The notes under the pieces are model-generated. The model saw only the letters and a list, made by a program, of their open reading frames with translations. It made no database searches and was not told where the DNA came from. DNA of 26,791 bases from an uncultured Oscillospiraceae bacterium (GTDB taxonomy: Bacteria; Bacillota; Clostridia; Oscillospirales; Oscillospiraceae), in assembly GCA_964620855.1 (NCBI GenBank), contig CAZUKJ010000001.1, positions 1 to 26,791 on the forward strand, in the 5' to 3' direction. Positions 16,670 through 25,265 of this stretch are shown piece after piece (the stretch's first letter is position 1; each line of letters starts with the position of its first letter). The position numbers and the translations under genes are program-made.

Positions 16670-18679
16670 TTAGAATTTGTGCAGGCTCAGCGCCGCATTA
16701 AAGCCGGTGTGGACAGCGTCACGGATCAGGCCGGACTTCTCGCAGTCGCCAACCGCAATGACATCAAAGGCCACGCCGTCGAAGCTGTCGCGTTCAGCAC
16801 ACTTTGGGATGCGGCCGGTCGAGAGGATAACGTGGTCGGCCGGGAGCAGCTGCTCGCCGTCGGCCGATGCGATGACAACGCCTTCTTCGCTGATCGACAC
16901 GCAGCGCGCACCAGTATGAACCCGGATATCCGGATTCATGTTCATCTGACGCAGCAGCATCATGCGCGGGCCCAGATTGGCGTCGCGGGCAATATTTGCC
17001 TCCATCTCCACGACGGTCGGGATGCAGCCGTGCTCACCGAGGTGGATTGCCAGCTCACAGCCGACAAGGCCGCCGCCAATGATCACAACATTGCCTGAAA
17101 ACCGGTCTTCCTGATAGAAGACATCCGGCGCAAGCACGACATTCGCACCATCGACGCCCGGAATCGGCGGTCGGGCCGGATCCGAGCCGATGGCGACAAT
17201 CACGGCGTCGAAGTTCATCGCCTCGATCTGTTCGGGCGTAGCGGCAGAATTCATGCGGATCTGAATGTTTGCATCTTTGACCTGCTTGATCAGGTAGTCG
17301 CGGAAGCGCTTGACATCGTCTTTGAACCACAGGCGCTCGCAGAAGATATTGAGCTGGCCGCCAAGGCGATCGGTCTTTTCAAACAGCGTGACCTCATGGC
17401 CCCGCTCACAGGCCTTCAACGCCGCTTCCATGCCCGCCGGGCCACCGCCGATGACGGCGACGCGCTTTCGGATCCCGGCTTCCGGGAAGCTCTCTTTGAT
17501 GAAGTGGCTGCCGTATGTCGGATTGACGGAGCAGACGAAGTTGAACGTCGCCGAGTCATCGTCGAGAACATGGTCGGCAACAGCCTTTCGCATCGCACCG
17601 TCGCAGCAGTTGTTGCAGCGGATACAGCCGCGGATATCCTCCGGGCGTCCGGCGCGCGCCTTGTTGGCCCATTCCGGATCGGCAATCCACTGGCGGCCCA
17701 TCAGGACGTAGTCCGCCTTGCCGGAAGCAATGATCTCCTCTGCCAGCTCCGGTGTGTTGATGCCGCCGACCACACCGACCGGGATCTTGACACCGGAGTC
17801 CTTGATCATTTTGGACATCTCCGCATTGTGACCGTGCTCGATGAAGCAGGTCGGGTGCATAAAGCCGCGGGTCTTGGCGTCGAAGCGGGTGGCCGCAGAA
17901 ATGTGGACGAGGTCAACGAGGTCTTCAAGCTGATGGATGTAGTAGATGGTGTCCTCGATCTCAATGCCGCCGGGCGACATTTCGCTGCCGCTCATCCGCA
18001 GTTCGATGAGGATGTTGTTGCCAACACGCTCACGGACACGCTCGAGGACCATGCGCGGGAACTTGATGCGGTTTTCGCGGCAGCCGCCGTGCTCGTCGGT
18101 GCGCTCGTTGATCAGCGGAGAAAGCCAGCCGCCGAACAGCCATCCGTGACCGTAGTGCAGGCAGACCATGTCGAAGCCGCCGCGCCACGCCATGCGGACG
18201 CCCTCGGCAACAATGTCGGCAACGTAGTCCATATCCTCCTGCGTCATCGCACGGACCTTCTGGCCGGTCGGCATCACGCGGTCGACCGCGCTGATCGGCG
18301 TGGTGACACCGTCGTTGAAGGCAGGAACTGCAAAGTGGCCGGAGTGGTTTAGCTCAACCGAGGTGCGTGCGCCGTAGGTATGCGCGTAGTTGTTAAACTT
18401 GTTGAGCTGCGGCAGTGTGATCGGATTGGTCAGGTCGAGCTGCGCCGGATGTGACGCGCTGGTCTTCAGATCAAAGCGGGTCTCACCGACGTGGACACAG
18501 CCCGCGCCGCCTCTGGCACGCCGGGCATAGAACTCGATGTTGTCGTCGAGCATGACATGGCTGGCCGGATCATGCTCGGTGCTCATGGGCGCCATGAACA
18601 CGCGGTTTTTAAATTTCACCTTATGCTTGCCGACGTACATCGGAGAGAACAGGTGCGGATAATATGGATGAACTGCCAT
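16670..18679 (-). CDS. NADH:flavin oxidoreductase (Old Yellow Enzyme barrel + 4Fe-4S + FAD/NAD domains; FadH/BaiCD/BaiH-like architecture), substrate unknown
   Basis: LFSP..KNRVFMAPM, ARGGAG, GFD...LHYGHGWL, NERTDEHGG..ENR, CIRCNNCC..CSVNP, GGGPAGMEAA, GGGLVGCE; SD AAAGGAG before ATG 18679. Confidence 0.9.
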   Translation of the reverse strand: MAVHPYYPHLFSPMYVGKHKVKFKNRVFMAPMSTEHDPASHVMLDDNIEFYARRARGGAGCVHVGETRFDLKTSASHPAQLDLTNPITLPQLNKFNNYAHTYGARTSVELNHSGHFAVPAFNDGVTTPISAVDRVMPTGQKVRAMTQEDMDYVADIVAEGVRMAWRGGFDMVCLHYGHGWLFGGWLSPLINERTDEHGGCRENRIKFPRMVLERVRERVGNNILIELRMSGSEMSPGGIEIEDTIYYIHQLEDLVDLVHISAATRFDAKTRGFMHPTCFIEHGHNAEMSKMIKDSGVKIPVGVVGGINTPELAEEIIASGKADYVLMGRQWIADPEWANKARAGRPEDIRGCIRCNNCCDGAMRKAVADHVLDDDSATFNFVCSVNPTYGSHFIKESFPEAGIRKRVAVIGGGPAGMEAALKACERGHEVTLFEKTDRLGGQLNIFCERLWFKDDVKRFRDYLIKQVKDANIQIRMNSAATPEQIEAMNFDAVIVAIGSDPARPPIPGVDGANVVLAPDVFYQEDRFSGNVVIIGGGLVGCELAIHLGEHGCIPTVVEMEANIARDANLGPRMMLLRQMNMNPDIRVHTGARCVSISEEGVVIASADGEQLLPADHVILSTGRIPKCAERDSFDGVAFDVIAVGDCEKSGLIRDAVHTGFNAALSLHKF

Positions 18680-18790
18680 AATGGAAGCTCCTTTCAAAAG
18701 ATACCGGTTTTTGTATTTTTCAGACTCCTGCGCGCAAACGTCCGGCAGAACCGCCCGCAGGAGGAATGCGCCAAGGTCTCGGAAAACAAC

Positions 18791-19600
18791 TCAGTCAACG
18801 CCGCCGCGCTTGGCTGCACCGGCCGAGTTTCCGCCGTCAAGGCACAGCGCCTGACCGGTGATGTACCCGGCCATTTCGCTGCACAGATACAGCACATTCA
18901 TCGCAACTTCCTTCGCCGTTCCAAGGCGGCGCAGCGGGATGCCCGCGGAAACACGCTCGGCATGGCCCGGGTTTGCAGCGATCATATTGTCCTGCAGCTG
19001 CGTGCCGGTCGTGGCACTCGGGCAAATCGCGTTGACACGGATCTGATCCGGTCCGACTTCCAGCGCCGCCGTCTTGCTCAGCGCGATGACGCCGGCCTTG
19101 CTGGCCGCGTAAGCACCCATCGTCGGGACAAACTTCATGCCGCCGAGCGAAGCGGTGTTGATGATCGAGCCGCCCCACCCCTGCTTCTTCATCTGGCGGA
19201 TCTCATGCTTCATGCAGAAGTACGTACCCTTGAGATTGGTGTTCATCATCATATCCCAGTACTGCACTTCCTGATCCGCCACGGACTGCGCCGGAATGCG
19301 GACCTCATCCGGGCCGACGCCGGCGTTGTTGAACGCGTAATCAAGCCGGCCGTAGGTCTCCACCGTCCTGGCGACCATCTCCTCAACCTGTGCCTCATCG
19401 GAAATGTCACATTGAATAAAAATGGCTTCACCGCCGTTTTCTTTGATCTGCTTGACAACCGCTTCGCCGGCAGACACGTTGCGGGATGTGACAACGACAA
19501 CCTTTGCACCGTTTTCCGCAAACAGCAGCGCGGTCTCCTTGCCCATTCCGGTAGCGCCGCCGGTCACAAGGATGACTTTTCCATCCATTCTGATCTCCAT
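18791..19600 (-). CDS. Classical short-chain dehydrogenase/reductase, 269 aa
   Basis: TGGATGMG, NNAG, catalytic S..YAASK, IRVNAICP, YITGQ...DGG; SD AGGAGG before ATG 19600. Confidence 0.93.
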   Translation of the reverse strand: MEIRMDGKVILVTGGATGMGKETALLFAENGAKVVVVTSRNVSAGEAVVKQIKENGGEAIFIQCDISDEAQVEEMVARTVETYGRLDYAFNNAGVGPDEVRIPAQSVADQEVQYWDMMMNTNLKGTYFCMKHEIRQMKKQGWGGSIINTASLGGMKFVPTMGAYAASKAGVIALSKTAALEVGPDQIRVNAICPSATTGTQLQDNMIAANPGHAERVSAGIPLRRLGTAKEVAMNVLYLCSEMAGYITGQALCLDGGNSAGAAKRGGVD

Positions 19601-19652
19601 TGTGATTGCCTCCTGATTTTTAGTATTGCACGTTGGGAATTCTTCTGCTAAA

Positions 19653-19693
19653 ACTATACCATGGAGATTTTTTTTGCCATAGAAGTTTTCTGT
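19653..19693 (-). promoter_or_regulatory. Putative SDR-OYE promoter and candidate LysR box
   Basis: Minus-strand TGgTATAGT (19661-19653) with a poor -35; imperfect dyad ATAG-N7-CTGT at 19679-19693. Confidence 0.4.
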
Positions 19694-19742
19694 TTTGAAA
19701 GTCACAACAAAAATTTGCATGGCTCTTGGGAGGGACGCGCAA

Positions 19743-20684
19743 ATGCCGTTTAAACAGTTTATTTACCTGCGGGAAGTCATGGTCTGCCGGTCGATCAATC
19801 AGGCCGCAAAGAACCTGTTTATCAGTCCGCAAGCGCTGCGTGCTGCGATCGGCAGCACAGAAGATAAGCTCGGCTTCAAGATTTTCGAGCGCTCGAATCA
19901 GGGCGTCACGCTGACGCCGAAGGGCAAGTCGATCGAGGCCGACGTCTATGCGATCTACCGCATGAGCGAGCACTGGAACAACATTCGCGACCAGCGCGGC
20001 GGTGTCGAGAGTGTGGTGCGTCTGGTTGCCTCGACCGCCGTATGCAGCGCGGTTATGCCCGCTGTCATGCTCGAATGCCGCAGCCGCTATCCGAACCTCT
20101 ATCTACAGCAGTACGAAGCCAGAGATGACAAACTGATCGCCATGCTCACGCGCTCGCGAATGATCGGCGTCGTCGCCGCTGCGCCGCGCGACCTGGTTTA
20201 TGGGCAATACGCCCAATTTGCCAAGGAAAACGGCTATATGCTCGAGCATCTGCGCGACGATGAGTTCTATATCTACCTCAACGCCTCCAACCCGCTTGCT
20301 GAAAAACCGGAGCTGACGCTTGAGGACCTGCGCCAGCTCACGCCCGCAATGTACCCTGATGAGGATAAGCGGATGCTCTTTAAGGAGATCTTCCGCTACT
20401 TCGCGCAGCAGCCCCCGTTTGCGCTGATGCATCAGGAGAACATCTTCCAGCTCGTTGCCGAGCAAGCCAGTATCGCCTGCCTGTTTCCGGGTATCGTGAG
20501 CGAGAATAACCGCTATGTGCTCTCCGGCTCCGTCGTGGCCCGCCGCGTGCAGGGCTTCCCGATGCCCGCCGTCGCCTGCCTGTTCTATCCGCCCAAGGCC
20601 GAGCAAACCATCGGTGAACAGGCCGTCATCGACATGATCCGTGCACAGATGAATGAACCGGTCGTGCTGCAGGTCACCCCATGA
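19743..20684 (+). CDS. LysR-family transcriptional regulator, divergent from SDR-OYE
   Basis: HTH SINQAAKNLFISPQALRAAI...EDKLGFKIFERSNQGVTLT, 313 aa; SD GGGAGG 9 nt before ATG 19743. Confidence 0.92.
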   Translation: MPFKQFIYLREVMVCRSINQAAKNLFISPQALRAAIGSTEDKLGFKIFERSNQGVTLTPKGKSIEADVYAIYRMSEHWNNIRDQRGGVESVVRLVASTAVCSAVMPAVMLECRSRYPNLYLQQYEARDDKLIAMLTRSRMIGVVAAAPRDLVYGQYAQFAKENGYMLEHLRDDEFYIYLNASNPLAEKPELTLEDLRQLTPAMYPDEDKRMLFKEIFRYFAQQPPFALMHQENIFQLVAEQASIACLFPGIVSENNRYVLSGSVVARRVQGFPMPAVACLFYPPKAEQTIGEQAVIDMIRAQMNEPVVLQVTP

Positions 20685-20766
20685 TCTTCTCGCGCTGTCA
20701 GATGCACCGGCCACGCCTGTAAAATAATTTTTTAAACGATTCATCCCCCACAATCCGCTTCCCATC

Positions 20767-20805
20767 ACCGCCCTGCAATTACATTCAGGGCGGTTCCTTC
20801 TTTTT
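20767..20805 (+). terminator. Putative terminator of the LysR gene
   Basis: ACCGCCCTG / CAGGGCGGT stem followed by TCCTTCTTTTT. Confidence 0.6.
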
Positions 20806-20834
20806 GACGTACTCCTCCAATCCCGCGCCGATAC

Positions 20835-20874
20835 ACAAAAAGCCGGCCTGTGACCGCAGTCACAGGCCGGCTTT
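20835..20874 (-). terminator. Intrinsic terminator of the xpaC-like gene
   Basis: Perfect 16-bp stem AAAGCCGGCCTGTGAC-CGCA-GTCACAGGCCGGCTTT; T-run on minus strand. Confidence 0.85.
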
Positions 20875-20885
20875 GCGTTATAAGA

Positions 20886-22004
20886 TTATTGCTTTGTCAG
20901 CGCATCGGCCGTCAATCCGTCGCGCGCGAGCATCTTCTCCATAACCTCGATATCGGTCGTGATGTCGATGACATCTCCCTCAAAAAGTTTATCGAGCTGA
21001 CGCTCGTAGCTCTCAACAAGCTTGTCCATCACACCTTCGATGCGAATCTTCGCAGCTGTGATATTCGCGCCGTCGACATCCTGTGCCTCCAGGCGCGCAT
21101 AGGTCTCCAGGATCTTGAGCGTCTGCGGCAGATAGTAGTTCAAGAAGCTGCGCAGCTCCCCGGCCTTCTGCGGCTTTTCGCGCAGGTAGGCGAAGATGCG
21201 GCGCGTCAGTTCCTCAATGCGGTCGATCTTGCGCGAGATTTCCTCATTGTCGATCAGGTCGTTATCCGCGCGGATCTGGCGGAGAATCTTCTCCTCCTCG
21301 GTGATCGTTTTCTCCGCCGTCTGCTCCGGCTGCTCGTCGTATTCCAGGCCGCTGCCATCGAGCATCAGACGGCCTTTGGCGCGGTCGATGTATGCACCCT
21401 GCGGCAGCCATCCGCCGTCGATCATCTCCTGCAGCTGTCGGCAGGCCTTTTCGTAGCGGATACCGAGCGCGTCGGCCATCGCATGAATCGATACTGCGCC
21501 ATAGTCGCCGATCATCGCCTGATAGCGCTCAAAGAGCCGATGCTTGCGCCGCTTGGAGATGCCAACACCTGCCACAATCGCGCCTGCGGCCAGAAACAGC
21601 AGACCCCAAAAACCATCCTCTGCATAATACAGCAGCCAGCTCGTGTCCCACACGCCCCAGAACAGGACCTGAACAATCTCCCAGAATGTCGAGATCAGCA
21701 CCAGCGCACCGACGCCGCCAAGGCAGCCGCCCGTAATGATCTCGGGCAGGCCGATGTTCTTCCTTTTCTTCTCGCGTTTCTTCTCGCTTTTCTTCTCCGC
21801 GCGGCTCATTACAGGCGGCTTCGGCGACTCAACCGTCTTCTCCGCCTGTCTGCGGAACTTGTCCACCAGCGGGGGCAGCTTACCCTTGGCGTTGAGCACG
21901 ATCAACGCCACACCGGCCCACCAAAACGCACCGGTACAGAAGCAGGCGATGGCAATCGCCAGCCAGACCGGGTCAAACTCTTTTTTCTTATGGTTATCAG
22001 ACAT
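20886..22004 (-). CDS. XpaC-like (5-bromo-4-chloroindolyl phosphate hydrolysis family) membrane protein
   Basis: N-terminal TM segments; C-terminal FLNYYLPQTLKILETY..L..QLDKLF...VIDITTDIEVM..ML..DGL; SD GGAGG before ATG 22004. Confidence 0.78.
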   Translation of the reverse strand: MSDNHKKKEFDPVWLAIAIACFCTGAFWWAGVALIVLNAKGKLPPLVDKFRRQAEKTVESPKPPVMSRAEKKSEKKREKKRKNIGLPEIITGGCLGGVGALVLISTFWEIVQVLFWGVWDTSWLLYYAEDGFWGLLFLAAGAIVAGVGISKRRKHRLFERYQAMIGDYGAVSIHAMADALGIRYEKACRQLQEMIDGGWLPQGAYIDRAKGRLMLDGSGLEYDEQPEQTAEKTITEEEKILRQIRADNDLIDNEEISRKIDRIEELTRRIFAYLREKPQKAGELRSFLNYYLPQTLKILETYARLEAQDVDGANITAAKIRIEGVMDKLVESYERQLDKLFEGDVIDITTDIEVMEKMLARDGLTADALTKQ

Positions 22005-22035
22005 CGCGCACCTCCGTTCCGCTCGCTTTTTGTTT

Positions 22036-22064
22036 ATCATACATCAGGCAGCGGCCCATGTAAA
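22036..22064 (-). promoter_or_regulatory. sigmaA-type promoter of the xpaC-like gene
   Basis: TTTACA (22064-22059), 17 nt, TATGAT (22041-22036). Confidence 0.6.
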
Positions 22065-22070
22065 GCGAAA

Positions 22071-22904
22071 TCACCCCTCTGCCAACGAGCGCAGCAGCGC
22101 AATCTCTTTGGCGTAGCCGTCAAGCTCGTTCGGCGTCTCGAGGATGATCGGCAGTCGGCGGATAACCGGATGGCGCACAAAGCGCGCAAAGGCCTCCTGC
22201 CCGAGACTGCCGCCGCCAATCACCTCATGGCGGTCCTTGTGCGAGCCGAAGGGGTTCTTGCTGTCGTTCATGTGGATGGCCTTGAGCCAATCGAGGCCGA
22301 CGACCCGGTCAAACTCCGCCAGTACGCCCTCGAGATCACCCACGACGTCATACTCGCCGTCATAGACGTGGCAGGTATCCAGACAAACACCGATGTGTGT
22401 TTTGTCCTTCACACCGTCGATGATCGCCCTCATATGCTCAAAGCGGCCGCCAATCTCCGTGCCCTTGCCCGCCATCGTCTCGAGCAGCACAGTCGTGTGC
22501 ATCCCTTCAAACATCACCTCGTCGAGTGTTTCAATGATCTTTTCGATCCCGGTCTCGACGCCCTGCCCAACGTGACTGCCGGGGTGGAAATTGTAGTAGT
22601 GACCGGGCAGCAGTTCAAGCGTGCGGAGATCCTCGGCCATTGCAAGGCGCGCAAACTCCAGAGTCTGCTCCTTGGCCGCGCACGGGTTGATCGTATACGG
22701 CGCATGCGCCACGAGCGGGCCGAAGTTGTTCTCGTTCATCAGCTCAATGAGCGCCGCCGCATCGGCGGGATCAGCCTTTTTTGCCGCGCCGCCGCGAGGA
22801 TTGCGGGTGAAAAAAGCAAATGTGTTTGCCCCGATGGAAAGCGCGGTTTTTCCCATCGCAAGATAACCGCCGGAAGCGGAGAGATGACAGCCAATCGTCA
22901 GCAT
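22071..22904 (-). CDS. nfo: Endonuclease IV (AP endonuclease 2)
   Basis: IGCHLS, FFTRNPR, VAHAPY, FHPGSH, LETMAGKG, CLDTCH, HMNDS, KDRH, ILETP. Confidence 0.95.
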   Translation of the reverse strand: MLTIGCHLSASGGYLAMGKTALSIGANTFAFFTRNPRGGAAKKADPADAAALIELMNENNFGPLVAHAPYTINPCAAKEQTLEFARLAMAEDLRTLELLPGHYYNFHPGSHVGQGVETGIEKIIETLDEVMFEGMHTTVLLETMAGKGTEIGGRFEHMRAIIDGVKDKTHIGVCLDTCHVYDGEYDVVGDLEGVLAEFDRVVGLDWLKAIHMNDSKNPFGSHKDRHEVIGGGSLGQEAFARFVRHPVIRRLPIILETPNELDGYAKEIALLRSLAEG

Positions 22905-22974
22905 GGTATCTGTTGTACCGGGCCAGCCGGTACGCTCCTTTCGTGACAGATGCAGCACAGTGTGCCCTATTATT

Positions 22975-23004
22975 ATGATACGAAAAACTCCGGCCGTTCG
23001 TCAA
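22975..23004 (-). promoter_or_regulatory. sigmaA-type promoter of nfo
   Basis: TTGACG (23004-22999), 18 nt, TATCAT (22980-22975). Confidence 0.55.
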
Positions 23005-23015
23005 GTCCCACATTC

Positions 23016-23044
23016 TTGACAGTAGCCGAACCCCCGTGCATAAT
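23016..23044 (+). promoter_or_regulatory. sigmaA-type promoter of DUF1653-cysK
   Basis: TTGACA (23016-23021), 17 nt, CATAAT (23039-23044). Confidence 0.7.
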
Positions 23045-23076
23045 ATGGAAATGACAACAAACAAGGAGGCGCAGTT

Positions 23077-23289
23077 ATGGAGATCAAACCCGGTCGTTAC
23101 CGTCACTTCAAAGGCATGGAATATGAGGTGCTCGGCACAGCCAAACACTCGGAAACACTTGAAGAACTGGTCGTCTACCGTGCACTCTACGGCGAGCACG
23201 GTCTCTGGGTGCGTCCGGCATCCATGTGGCTGGAGACTGTCGAGCGCGACGGAAAGGTCTTTCAGCGGTTTTCGCCCATCGAAGCGTAA
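23077..23289 (+). CDS. DUF1653 domain protein
   Basis: GRYRHFKG..YEV...AKHSET.E.LVVYRALYG...LWVRP..M; SD AAGGAGG. Confidence 0.9.
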   Translation: MEIKPGRYRHFKGMEYEVLGTAKHSETLEELVVYRALYGEHGLWVRPASMWLETVERDGKVFQRFSPIEA

Positions 23290-23307
23290 TTCCGTGAGGG
23301 AGTGAGC

Positions 23308-24240
23308 ATGGAGACTATCCGCACAGCCGTCGATGCGCTCATTGGCGACACGCCGCTTCTGGAACTGACCCGTATCGAAGCGGATTGCGCACTCCGGGCG
23401 CGTCTGCTCGCCAAGCTCGAATTCCTCAACCCCACCGGTTCGGTCAAAGACCGCGTGGCCACGCGCCTGCTTGACGACGCCGAGCGACGCGGCCAACTGC
23501 ACCCCGGCGCAGCCGTCATCGAGCCAACCTCCGGCAACACCGGCATTGCGCTGGCCGCCGCTGCCGCCGCACGGGGCTATCAAGCCGTCATTGTCATGCC
23601 CGAGACGATGAGCATCGAGCGCCGTCGGCTGATGCAGGCCTACGGTGCCGAACTGGTTCTGACCGACGGCGCAAAAGGCATGGCCGGCGCCATCGAAACA
23701 GCCGAGCAAATTTCCCGGGAGCGTCCCGGCAGCTTTATCGCAGGGCAGTTTGTCAACCCAGTCAACCCGCAGGTGCACTTCGAGACCACCGGCCCGGAGC
23801 TCTGGGCTGATGCCGACGGCCGGATCGACATCTTTGTCGCCTGCGTCGGAACAGGCGGCACGATCACCGGCGTGGGTCGCTACCTGAAATCAAAAAAACC
23901 TGCCGTGCACATTGTCGCGGTCGAGCCGGCCGGATCGCCCGTGCTCTCGGGCGGGCAGCCCGGCCCACACGCCATCGAGGGCATCGGCGCAGGCTTTGTC
24001 CCGGCGGTGCTCGATACAAGCATATACAACGAAGTACTCCCCGTCACCGACGAGCAGGCCTTTGCAGCAGGCCGTCTGCTCAGCCGCACCGAAGGCTTGT
24101 TGGCCGGGATCTCGTCCGGCGCGGCACTGCACGCGGCGATCACCGTTGCCTTGCGGGATATCTCGGCAGGCAAAACAGTCGCCGTACTTCTTCCCGACAG
24201 CGGAAGCCGTTATCTGTCCACCGCCATGTTTTCCGAATAA
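23308..24240 (+). CDS. cysK: Cysteine synthase A (O-acetylserine sulfhydrylase)
   Basis: NPTGSVKDR (PLP Lys), EPTSGNTG, MPETMSIERR, HFETTGPE, GTGGTITG, HAIEGIG, GISSGA, PDSG.RYLST. Confidence 0.93.
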   Translation: METIRTAVDALIGDTPLLELTRIEADCALRARLLAKLEFLNPTGSVKDRVATRLLDDAERRGQLHPGAAVIEPTSGNTGIALAAAAAARGYQAVIVMPETMSIERRRLMQAYGAELVLTDGAKGMAGAIETAEQISRERPGSFIAGQFVNPVNPQVHFETTGPELWADADGRIDIFVACVGTGGTITGVGRYLKSKKPAVHIVAVEPAGSPVLSGGQPGPHAIEGIGAGFVPAVLDTSIYNEVLPVTDEQAFAAGRLLSRTEGLLAGISSGAALHAAITVALRDISAGKTVAVLLPDSGSRYLSTAMFSE

Positions 24241-24262
24241 ACCTGTCCCAGACGCATATATA
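24235..24262 (+). promoter_or_regulatory. Putative sporulation-sigma (sigmaE-like) promoter of yabPQ
   Basis: GAATAA (24235-24240), 14 nt, CATATAT (24255-24261); yabPQ is sigmaE-controlled in B. subtilis. Confidence 0.5.
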
Positions 24263-24291
24263 TGGTAACAGACCCCGGAGGAGGTGCTGTT

Positions 24292-24573
24292 ATGGCATAT
24301 GCGTTCGAAGAAAAATCAACCGGCGCACACAAGATTGATCTCGACGGCCGCAGCCGTCTGAGCGTGACCGGCGTGCAGGATGTCGAGAGCTTCGATGAGC
24401 AGGCCGTCGTACTTTACACCGCGCAGGGCACTCTGGTTGTGCGCGGGAGCGATCTGCACCTGCGTCTGCTCTCGCTCGAGGGTGGTCAGGTCTCGGTCGA
24501 GGGTAGGGTCGACGCGCTCACCTATGAGGACGACGCGCCCGGCCGCGGCTTCCTCGCGCGGCTGTTCGGCTGA
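24292..24573 (+). CDS. yabP: Sporulation protein YabP
   Basis: HKIDLDGR..LSVTGV.DVESFDE..V.L.T..G.L.V.G..L...L.LE.G.V.VEG.V..L.Y; SD GGAGGAGG; synteny with yabQ-divIC-yabR. Confidence 0.92.
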   Translation: MAYAFEEKSTGAHKIDLDGRSRLSVTGVQDVESFDEQAVVLYTAQGTLVVRGSDLHLRLLSLEGGQVSVEGRVDALTYEDDAPGRGFLARLFG

Positions 24574-25265
24574 TGGAGCAGCCGGTTGCTCTGCAGGCGG
24601 CGCAGTTTGCGCTCTCTGCCGCCATCGGGCTGGGACTCGGCGTTTATTACGATATTCTGCGCGCCGTGCGCCGCCGTATCCGGGCGCTGCAGTTCCCGCT
24701 CGATGCGCTCTTTTTTTTGACTGCGCTGGCCGTGCTTCTGCTCGAAGCGCTCTATGTCGGCCGTGGTCGTTTTTTCCTGTTTATGGGCTTCGGAACGGCA
24801 CTCGGCGCAGCGTTCTGGTTCCTGAGCGTCAGCGGCGTGTTTTTGCGCGGGATCGATCGCGTTTTTTCCCTGCTGGCGCAGGCGTTTCGGTCGATTTTCG
24901 CTCCGGTTCGCCGATTTGCGAAATTCTTCGTCAGGGTTCTAAAAAAATGCTTTTCTTTTCACAATTTTTTTGCTACAATATTTCAAACTGTTTGTATCTC
25001 TGTGAGCAGGAAAATCAGGCATCGGGGAGTGAGGCCGCATGAAGTTCAAACGATCATCTCTGATTACGAAATTGATCATCCTTGTTCTGGCGGTATACGC
25101 TACCGTTACGCTGGTCAGCCTGCAGTCTCAGATCCAGGACAAACGCGCCGAAGCAGCGGCACTGCAGGCGCAGATCACCGCGAGCGAGCAGGAAAACCAG
25201 CGCCTGAGCGAGGCCATCGAGGAAGCCAACACCGCAAGCGGCGTGCAGGACATCGCACGCAGTAA
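24573..25265 (+). CDS. yabQ: Spore cortex biosynthesis protein YabQ (3' end overlaps divIC)
   Basis: Q..QF......G..LG..YD..R..R...D.LF hydrophobic N-terminal domain; TGATG coupling to yabP. Confidence 0.8.
   Translation: MEQPVALQAAQFALSAAIGLGLGVYYDILRAVRRRIRALQFPLDALFFLTALAVLLLEALYVGRGRFFLFMGFGTALGAAFWFLSVSGVFLRGIDRVFSLLAQAFRSIFAPVRRFAKFFVRVLKKCFSFHNFFATIFQTVCISVSRKIRHRGVRPHEVQTIISDYEIDHPCSGGIRYRYAGQPAVSDPGQTRRSSGTAGADHRERAGKPAPERGHRGSQHRKRRAGHRTQ
24971..24979 (+). promoter_or_regulatory. Extended -10 promoter inside yabQ, likely for divIC-yabR
   Basis: TG-c-TACAAT in an AT-rich patch about 60 nt upstream of the divIC ATG; weak -35. Confidence 0.55.

Noticed and set aside
18725..18763. CTCCTGCG/CGCAGGAG stem between SDR and OYE as a terminator
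   Set aside because: Large loop and no U-tract on the coding (minus) strand.
16670..19600. Naming the OYE and SDR as baiCD/baiH and baiA
   Set aside because: Only family-level similarity is visible and no other bai genes are present.
20850..22946. 698-aa plus-strand ORF and similar long antisense ORFs (346-1332, 1238-2320, 8021-9550, 15543-16646, 18491-19651)
   Set aside because: Shadow frames opposite well-supported genes in GC-rich DNA; no motifs or SD.
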